NCBI GenBank assembly: GCA_040218735.1
Contig: JAVJQW010000023.1
Span: 640,001 to 704,000, forward strand
DNA: 64,000 bases
Direction of reading: 5' to 3'
Origin: Deltaproteobacteria bacterium
GTDB taxonomy: Bacteria > Myxococcota > Kuafuiibacteriia > Kuafuiibacteriales > Kuafuiibacteriaceae
This document shows positions 57,389 through 64,000 of this stretch, piece by piece. Position 1 is the stretch's first letter; each line of letters begins with the position of its first letter. Under the pieces are notes generated by a model. That model searched no databases. It was not told the origin of the DNA and saw only the letters and a program-made list of their open reading frames with translations. Made by a program: the position numbers and the translations under genes.

Positions 57389-58126
57389 TCAGAACAGGAG
57401 CGCGATCCCGGCCGCAAACAGCAAGCAGAACAGCACGATCCGGAAGCCCCGCTCGTCGACGCGGCGGTGGAGGACCTCGCCGATCGCGGTCGCCGCCACG
57501 ACGGGGATGGTCAGCCAGCCGACCTCCGTGAGGGCGGGGCCGTCGAGGCGACCGTCCAGGAGGAAGACCACCGTGAGCCCGACGTTCATCGCGAGCCAGA
57601 TCATCGCGAGGGTGGAGCGGAACGCCGTGCGCGCGAGGCCGGAGCGCCCGAGCGCGTAGACGAGCATCGGCCCGCCGGACGCGTAGATGCCGTGCATGAT
57701 CCCCGCGCCGAACACAAACGGGAGGCTCGCGCCGCCGGTGGACGACGCCGGTTCATCGCGTTGGGCGAAGAGCCGGTACAGCTCCAGCGAGGACAGCACC
57801 ACGACGAGCGCGCCGAACGCCGTCTTGAGCGTCGACCCCTCGAGCCTCGCCTGCACGAGGACCCCGAGCCCTGCGCCTGCGCCCATCACCCAGATGAGGC
57901 GCGTGAGCAGGAGCCGCCACGCGACGCGGCCACGGTGGGCGAGCACGAGGTACCCGTTCAGCAGCACGTTGAGCGCGACGAGGCGCGGCACCATCCATTC
58001 GATCGAATAGAACTGGCCGGCGAGCGTCAGCGCGATGATCACCGAGCCGAAGCCCGCCATCGCACCGGAGACGAACGCGACGAGCACCACCAGGGCGAAG
58101 ACGAGCAGCTCGGCGGTCGGCACCAC
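57389..58126 (-). CDS. TauE/SafE-family (TSUP) membrane exporter
   Basis: VSGAMAGFG and AGIMHGIYASGGP repeats, about 8 TM segments. Confidence 0.85.
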   Translation of the reverse strand: MVPTAELLVFALVVLVAFVSGAMAGFGSVIIALTLAGQFYSIEWMVPRLVALNVLLNGYLVLAHRGRVAWRLLLTRLIWVMGAGAGLGVLVQARLEGSTLKTAFGALVVVLSSLELYRLFAQRDEPASSTGGASLPFVFGAGIMHGIYASGGPMLVYALGRSGLARTAFRSTLAMIWLAMNVGLTVVFLLDGRLDGPALTEVGWLTIPVVAATAIGEVLHRRVDERGFRIVLFCLLFAAGIALLF

Positions 58127-58144
58127 CTTGCACGCTGTCAGCCC

Positions 58145-58187
58145 GTTTACCGATCGGTCAACTCGGCCGATTGACCGATCGGTAAAC
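58145..58187. promoter_or_regulatory. Tandem TetR-type operators forming a near-perfect 43-bp palindrome
   Basis: GTTTACCGATCGGTCAA-CTCGGCCGA-TTGACCGATCGGTAAAC between divergent tauE-like and tetR genes. Confidence 0.8.
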
Positions 58188-58206
58188 CAAGGGCCTCCTA
58201 GGAGCC

Positions 58207-58812
58207 GTGGCCCGGCACGAGACCAGCGAGAAGATCCTCACGGCCGCCGACGCGCTCCTCGCGGAGGTCGGCTACGACGGCGCGTCGGTCGGACGCGTCG
58301 CGGAGCGCGCGGGCGTGAACAAGGCGCTGGTGTTCTATCACTTCGAGAGCAAGTCGAAGCTCGTGGAGGCGGTGCTCGCGCGCTACTACGAGGCGCACCA
58401 GAGCGCGCTTCGCCAAGCGTACGACACCAAGGGCGACGCGCGCCTCCGCATCCACTCCGTGGTCGACGCCTACTTCAAGTTCATGAGCGAGCACCGCACC
58501 TACCCGCGGCTCGTGCTCGGCCTGATCGCCGCGAGCGACGAAGCGCGCGCCATGGTGCAAGACAACTTGCTCTCGCTGTTTCGGTGGACGACCGAGATGC
58601 TCGCCGACATCACACCGAACGGCGGCCCCCTCGACGCGCGCCAGTTCTACTCCACCTTCTCCGGCATGGTGACGGGTTACTTCACGTACGCACCCGTCAT
58701 CGCGGACGCGTGGGGCGACGACCCGCTCGCTCCCGAATCACTGAGCGCGCGACTCGAACACGTGCACTGGATGGTCGACGCCGTGCTCGATCGCCTGGAG
58801 GCCGAACGATGA
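58207..58812 (+). CDS. TetR/AcrR family transcriptional regulator
   Basis: ILTAADALLAEVGYDGASVGRVAERAGVNKALVFYHFESK; AGGAG RBS. Confidence 0.93.
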   Translation: MARHETSEKILTAADALLAEVGYDGASVGRVAERAGVNKALVFYHFESKSKLVEAVLARYYEAHQSALRQAYDTKGDARLRIHSVVDAYFKFMSEHRTYPRLVLGLIAASDEARAMVQDNLLSLFRWTTEMLADITPNGGPLDARQFYSTFSGMVTGYFTYAPVIADAWGDDPLAPESLSARLEHVHWMVDAVLDRLEAER

Positions 58813-59645
58813 ACTTCGAAACCCGCTCCACCACACGATCGAAGCCGCACCTCGCCTATTCGATCGAAGGCGACCGCGGACCGTGGGTCGTGCTCGTCAT
58901 GGGGCTCGGCATGAAGGGCGCCGCGTGGCGCCCGCAGATCGAAGTGCTCCGCGAGACCTGCCGCGTCGTCTTCTTCGACAACCGCGGCCTCGGCAACAGC
59001 GCGCCGCTCGACGCCGAGACCTCGCGCTTCGACATGAAGACACTCGGCACCGACGTCGTGCGCCTCATGGACGAGCTCGGCATCGACCGCGCGCACCTCG
59101 GCGGCGTCTCACTTGGCGGCATGATCTCCCAGCACGCCGCGCTCGATCACTCGGACCGCTTCCTCTCCCTCACGTTGATCGCCACGCACTGCGGCGGCCC
59201 CCTCACGTGGCTCCCGCCCGCGCCCGGCATCCGTCACTTCCTCCGCGCGCAACGCAGCCGCGGCCAAGCGCGCCTCGACGCGATCGAAGCCCTCCTCTAC
59301 CCGTCACGCTTCCGCGAAGAGACGAACCGCGCCGAGCTCGACGAACGCATGCGGGTGTCCTTCGGCGGCCCGCCGCCCAAACGTGTGCAGCGCCTCCAGC
59401 TCCGCGCCGTACTCGGCCACGACACCGCCGGGCGCCTCCCCTCACTCCGCCTCCCCACCCAGGTCATCGCACCCGACCTCGATCTGCTCGTTCGCCCCAG
59501 CGCGTGTCGCCGCCTCGCGGACCTGATCCCGGACGCGCGCCTGCACCGCATCCCCGACGCCGGACACGGGCTGATCTTCCAGAGCGCCGACGCGATCAAC
59601 CGATGGATGCTCGACCACTTCGCCGCGTGTGAGGCGGTCGCTTGA
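58809..59645 (+). CDS. Alpha/beta hydrolase
   Basis: FDNRGLGNS, GVSLGG nucleophile, DLLV, AGH. Confidence 0.9.
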   Translation: MNFETRSTTRSKPHLAYSIEGDRGPWVVLVMGLGMKGAAWRPQIEVLRETCRVVFFDNRGLGNSAPLDAETSRFDMKTLGTDVVRLMDELGIDRAHLGGVSLGGMISQHAALDHSDRFLSLTLIATHCGGPLTWLPPAPGIRHFLRAQRSRGQARLDAIEALLYPSRFREETNRAELDERMRVSFGGPPPKRVQRLQLRAVLGHDTAGRLPSLRLPTQVIAPDLDLLVRPSACRRLADLIPDARLHRIPDAGHGLIFQSADAINRWMLDHFAACEAVA

Positions 59646-61093
59646 GGTTCCTCGCCGTCGTCGTCGCGCTGCTCCCGAGCTCGGCGTTCGCCGCCGGCTT
59701 CTACACCGGCGACGTCGGAACCCGCGGCGTCGGGCGCGGCGGCGCGTTCGTCGCCGCTCCGGACAGCGTGCTCGCCGCACACTACAACCCCGCCGGTCTC
59801 AGTCAGCTCCGCGGGCTCCACCTGCTCGTGGACGCCTCCCTCGTCGACTTCAACGCGACGCTGAACCGTCGCTGCCGTTGCGCCGACCCTTCGCTAGAGA
59901 TGGCAGCGACCTACGACGCCGCGCTCACCGCCGACTTCACGCCGCAGACCAGCCGCACGCCGCTCGTCATCCCGTTCATCGGCGCCGCGTACGGCTTCGA
60001 CTTCCTCGACCTCACCGTCGCCGCCACCGTCCACGGCCCCAACAGCGGCCGCCACCAGTGGGGTGACCCACCGCCGACGCGCCGCCCGAACTACGTGAAC
60101 GAAGCGACGGACTTCGCGGGACGCTACTCCGCGCACACGGTGAAGAACGTCGAGGTGAACAGCGCGTTGACCGTCGCGCTACAGCCGCTTCCGCGCCTGC
60201 GCGTCGGCGCTTCGCTCATCGTCTTCCTCGCACAGAGCGAGCAAACCCAAACGCTGTGGGCCAACCTCGCCGACTTCCCGGACGGACCGGAGGACCCCCG
60301 CTTCGACGTCCCGATCCGCTTCACCCTCGCCCCGTCGCTGTTCCTCAACTGGGCGGTGGGCGCGAGCTACGAACCGATCGACGGCCTCTTCATCGGCGCG
60401 TCCTTCCGCGCCGAACGGCGGGTCCGCGGCGACGGAACGTTGGAGGCCGATCTCCCCCGCTTCCTCCGCGACCCCGACACCAACGCGCCGCTCCTCGGCG
60501 CGGCGATTCGCGGCCAGGACGCGAAGGTCGCGCTCGACATCGCACCCATCGCTCGCGCCGGAATCGAATACCGGATGCCGGGAGTCTTCCGCGCGGAGGC
60601 CGCCGTGGTTTGGGAGGGGTGGTCGGCGCACGAGAGCATCGTGCTCTCGCCGCAGGACATCGTGATCGATCTGATGGGATCGTCGACGCCCATCCCCGAG
60701 ATCACGATCGACCGACGCTGGGTCGACACGGTCTCGGTCCGGCTCGGTGGGGAGCTCGACGTCCTGCAACCTCACTTGCGGCTCCGAGCTGGTTATTACT
60801 TCGAGACCTCGGCTGTCGAGGAGCGACGCCTCACCATCGCGCGGATCGACCGCCCCAAACACGGCTTCTCGCTCGGCGCGTCGAAGTCCTTCTACGGTTT
60901 CGACATCGACGTCGCGTTCACGTACGTCTACCTCGCACCGTCGGACGTCTCCGACTCCGAGGTCCCGATCGTCGCCCCGTTCCCGGAGGAGGAGGACGGG
61001 ATCGGCGACCGCGAGTTCGTTTCGACCATCGGCAACGGGTCGATAACGAGCCGGTTCCTGATCGGGTCGGTGGCGGTCGGCTACCGCTGGTGA
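59642..61093 (+). CDS. FadL/OmpP1-family outer-membrane transporter
   Basis: AGF...GRGGAFVA..DS..AHYNPAGL, LRAGYYFETSAV, terminal VGYRW; TTG start overlapping the upstream stop. Confidence 0.85.
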   Translation: MRFLAVVVALLPSSAFAAGFYTGDVGTRGVGRGGAFVAAPDSVLAAHYNPAGLSQLRGLHLLVDASLVDFNATLNRRCRCADPSLEMAATYDAALTADFTPQTSRTPLVIPFIGAAYGFDFLDLTVAATVHGPNSGRHQWGDPPPTRRPNYVNEATDFAGRYSAHTVKNVEVNSALTVALQPLPRLRVGASLIVFLAQSEQTQTLWANLADFPDGPEDPRFDVPIRFTLAPSLFLNWAVGASYEPIDGLFIGASFRAERRVRGDGTLEADLPRFLRDPDTNAPLLGAAIRGQDAKVALDIAPIARAGIEYRMPGVFRAEAAVVWEGWSAHESIVLSPQDIVIDLMGSSTPIPEITIDRRWVDTVSVRLGGELDVLQPHLRLRAGYYFETSAVEERRLTIARIDRPKHGFSLGASKSFYGFDIDVAFTYVYLAPSDVSDSEVPIVAPFPEEEDGIGDREFVSTIGNGSITSRFLIGSVAVGYRW

Positions 61094-61150
61094 TTTTGTG
61101 TGATCACTTTGCGGCCCGTTTCCGGCGTCCCTACGTAAGGACCCCGGAAA

Positions 61151-62386
61151 ATGAAAAAGACGAACCTCACGCTCCTCACCCTCCTCCTCGCGGCCTGCGC
61201 CTCGGGCAGCAACGAAACCCCCGCCCCCGTCGAATTCGACGACACCTACGTCCCTCCGGCGAACCGCATCGACCCGGTCGCCGCCGCGGCCTTCGAGAGC
61301 CCGGACTTCGCGGCCCTCGGCGCCGCCCGGTCCGGCGTGTCCGGCGTCGGGCGCGCTCCGGAGGCCTCCCTCCGCCGCTACGTCTCCGCCGCGAACGGTG
61401 ACGACGCGAACGACGGCTCCGAGGCGAACCCCTGGCGGACGCTCCAACACGCCGCCGACACGGCGGAGCCCGGAACGATGATCCTCGTCGACGACAGCGC
61501 CCCCTACGCGGGCGGGCTGCAGATCCACAACAGCGGCGAGCCGGGCCGCTACATCGTCTTCGCGAACCGCGACCCGGGGCGCGCCCCGATCATCCAGCCG
61601 GATCCGTCACGCCGTGCCGTGGTGGAGATCGACGCGAGCTACGTCGTGCTCCGCGGCTTCGACATCGGCCACCACCAACGCGCGACCCTCGACGACGACA
61701 CGATCGGCGTGCTCGTCGAGCCCAACGACGGCGACATCTCGAACATCTACGTCGTCGCCAACCGCGTCCACCACATCGGCCCGCCCGACCTCTCGGATGT
61801 GTCCTGCTACTACAACGGCCACGGAATCATCGCGCAGGCGGAGGGCCACCGCATCTCGGCGATCGTCATCGACGGCAACGAGATCCACGACATGTACGTC
61901 GGCAACAGCGAGGTGCTCGTGCTCAACGGCAACGTGAACGGCTTCCGCGTCACCAACAACTACGTGCACGACGTGAACAACATCGCGATCGACATCATCG
62001 GCTACGAGAAGAACTCGAGCGAGACCACCAGCAACGGACTCGTCGCGGACAACGTCGTCCTCGACGCGTCGAACTACTGGCCCTACTGCTCACGCGGTAA
62101 CTGCACTTACCCGGCGGGCGACGAGTCCTCCGACGGCATCTATGTCGACGGCGGCGCCAGCATGGTCATCGAGTACAACGTCGTCGGCCGCACCGACCAC
62201 GGCATCGAGCTGCAGTCCGAGAACGGAGAGCTGATCCGCGACGTCGAGGTCCGCTACAACGTCGTCTTCAACAGCAACTACAAGAACATCACGATCGGCG
62301 ACTCCGAGAACGTGAGTGAGCACGACAACGTGACGATGGACGAGGCGAGGCTCGCGGACGCGAGCCTCGAAAGCTGCATACGGTAG
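61151..62386 (+). CDS. Lipoprotein with right-handed parallel beta-helix (DUF1565/pectin lyase-like)
   Basis: LAAC; YVSAANGDDANDGSEANPWRTLQHAAD; NYVHD/NVV repeats; GIYVDGG. Confidence 0.85.
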   Translation: MKKTNLTLLTLLLAACASGSNETPAPVEFDDTYVPPANRIDPVAAAAFESPDFAALGAARSGVSGVGRAPEASLRRYVSAANGDDANDGSEANPWRTLQHAADTAEPGTMILVDDSAPYAGGLQIHNSGEPGRYIVFANRDPGRAPIIQPDPSRRAVVEIDASYVVLRGFDIGHHQRATLDDDTIGVLVEPNDGDISNIYVVANRVHHIGPPDLSDVSCYYNGHGIIAQAEGHRISAIVIDGNEIHDMYVGNSEVLVLNGNVNGFRVTNNYVHDVNNIAIDIIGYEKNSSETTSNGLVADNVVLDASNYWPYCSRGNCTYPAGDESSDGIYVDGGASMVIEYNVVGRTDHGIELQSENGELIRDVEVRYNVVFNSNYKNITIGDSENVSEHDNVTMDEARLADASLESCIR

Positions 62387-62446
62387 CCGACAGCCACGAG
62401 CCGACAGCCGCTAGCTCCAGAATCTGGCTAGCGGCTGCTGGCTGCA
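62384..62446. terminator. Hairpin built from inverted heptamer arrays; probable bidirectional terminator
   Basis: CAGCCGCTAG(CT)CCAG-AAT-CTGG-CTAGCGGCTG at 62405-62437 between convergent genes; no U tract. Confidence 0.5.
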
Positions 62447-62453
62447 AGCGGGC

Positions 62454-63998
62454 TCAACGCTTCTCGAAGCGGATCGCGTCCGCGATGAGGTAGCCGCGGC
62501 CGTTGGTCCAGCAGGAGATCAACACACGCCAGGCATCACCCGCCGCGAAGCGGTACGTGCCGAGGCTGACCCACTGGCCGCCCTTGTCGCTGATGTTCCG
62601 GTGCACCGTCGTCGATCCGCTCGCGTGCTGAATCACGTACGGGACGTTGGTGTTGTAGCCGTTGCCCGGGACGCGCGCGAAGACCTCGTAGTTGCCGGTC
62701 TCGCCCAGCGCGACCTTGTACTCGGCCGGGTCGCTCGTGAACGCCGGCGAACGGAAGCGGTAGTTCGACCCGACCTTGCCGGACGCCCAGCTCGACAGAT
62801 CCCAGGAGCCGCTCGAACGGAACCGACCGCTGTCCGTGTTGTCGACCGTGACGACCGGGCCCGTGCTCGGCGGCGGGTTCGTCGGCGGCGGGTTCGTCGG
62901 CGGCGGCGGGTTCGTCGAGCCGCTCGCGATGCGCTGCAGGTACGAGCTCCAGGGCCAGTTCGGACCCGGGTCGGTGCGCGACTCGGGCTGCAGCTGACCG
63001 TGCGCCACGATGTGGTAGCGGTCGCGCGGGATGTTGTTGCGCGCGGTGATGTCCCGAACCAGGTTCACGCTCGCGGTGATCTGCCCCTCGGGCCACGTGC
63101 GCTGCGCGGCGCGGCCGCCGTGCTCGATGCCGACTGAGAAGTTGTTCGAGGAGACGCCGTTGCGGTTCGACAGGCGGCCGCTGTTCAGGCTCGAGCGATA
63201 CGTCGCCGAGATGTGCCAAGCCTTGCGCGCCTCGTCGACGAGCTGCGCGATCTGGCTGCCGCTCTCGTTGACGACGTAGTGCGCCGACACGCGGGAGCGC
63301 GACTGACGCAGCCAGCTCACGCAACCGGAGTACGCACCTTCGCAGGTGTGAATCACGACGATCTCGGGGCTGTAGCTGCCGCGCGAGCTGTGGTTCGGGG
63401 AGGGCAGCCACGTGGCGAGCGACGAGCGCAGGCCCTGCGACGTCGTCTCGACCATCTCCTGCGCCTCGGCGTGGCGACCGATGATCATCGTGCTGCCGTC
63501 GGCGAGCGGGACCGCGAGGCCCTGCGAAACGATCGAGAGGATCTCGTTCGAGAACACCGGACGCATGTCGTCGTCGAGGTCGCCCATCTTCTCGAGCGCG
63601 TCCTTCCACAGCGTGACGTCGCCGCGCTGGTCACGCGGGATGCCGGCGTCGTCCGCGTAGGTCGACAGCAGGGCCGCCGCCGCGCGCACGTTGAGGTCGT
63701 CCGCGGACATGACCTCTTCGACCGTCGAGCCGATGAGGAAGGAGGCGAGCTGCAGCTCGTCACCGCGCAGCGCGAAGAGACCGTACGGCGCAGGCTGGCC
63801 TTCGAACTCCACCGCACCCGCGGCGGGCTCGAGCTGCGTCTCGTGGTACGAGATCGCCTTCAGGAGATCGACCGGCACGTCGAACTCGTCGGCGGCCTCC
63901 TCGAACATCAACGCCATCGGCGAAGACTCGTCGACCTCCGGGACGGCCACACCGAGCCGCCCGTCGACCTGACCGTCGCCCTCCGGGACACAAGCGGC
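62454..63998 (-). CDS. N-acetylmuramoyl-L-alanine amidase (Amidase_2) lipoprotein with lysozyme-like N-domain and golvesin-like C-domain; 5' end beyond window
   Basis: Frame open to the window edge (AACVPEG); VPVDLLKAISYHET; VVIHTCEG, VSAHYVV, AWH, SVGIEH, HGQ..RTDPG; PPTN linker; GQWVSLGTY..ADAIRF. Confidence 0.88.
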   Translation of the reverse strand, partial: AACVPEGDGQVDGRLGVAVPEVDESSPMALMFEEAADEFDVPVDLLKAISYHETQLEPAAGAVEFEGQPAPYGLFALRGDELQLASFLIGSTVEEVMSADDLNVRAAAALLSTYADDAGIPRDQRGDVTLWKDALEKMGDLDDDMRPVFSNEILSIVSQGLAVPLADGSTMIIGRHAEAQEMVETTSQGLRSSLATWLPSPNHSSRGSYSPEIVVIHTCEGAYSGCVSWLRQSRSRVSAHYVVNESGSQIAQLVDEARKAWHISATYRSSLNSGRLSNRNGVSSNNFSVGIEHGGRAAQRTWPEGQITASVNLVRDITARNNIPRDRYHIVAHGQLQPESRTDPGPNWPWSSYLQRIASGSTNPPPPTNPPPTNPPPSTGPVVTVDNTDSGRFRSSGSWDLSSWASGKVGSNYRFRSPAFTSDPAEYKVALGETGNYEVFARVPGNGYNTNVPYVIQHASGSTTVHRNISDKGGQWVSLGTYRFAAGDAWRVLISCWTNGRGYLIADAIRFEKR

Positions 63999-64000
63999 CA

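Overview
High-GC bacterial DNA with a myxobacterial (Myxococcota-like) gene repertoire: many Cys-rich or Ig-repeat lipoproteins, a DUF1592/DUF1552 pair, and a Ser/Thr kinase fusion. Housekeeping genes include tRNA-Lys(UUU), rimK, polA, an rpoH-like sigma factor, an rpsA-like S1 protein, tsaE, nnr and a class I aldolase. The most notable accessory feature is a lower-GC island of about 4.3 kb (17358-21717). It is bounded by an exact 65-bp direct repeat of the 3' end of a degenerate HD-GYP gene. It carries a decayed IS3 element and a two-gene operon: an 841-aa protein with two SAM-methyltransferase-like domains around a central PLD/DUF5919-like region, and a YqcI/YcgG-family protein. No integrase is present. 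Other points of interest: an Rpn nuclease with a likely internally translated antitoxin and upstream palindromic repeats, a kinase-MshEN-REC-DUF4388 fusion, a HEAT/pseudo-HD-GYP pair that seems to share an N-terminal domain, a double TetR operator, and inverted heptamer arrays between convergent genes. All family calls come from motif recognition by eye, not database searches.
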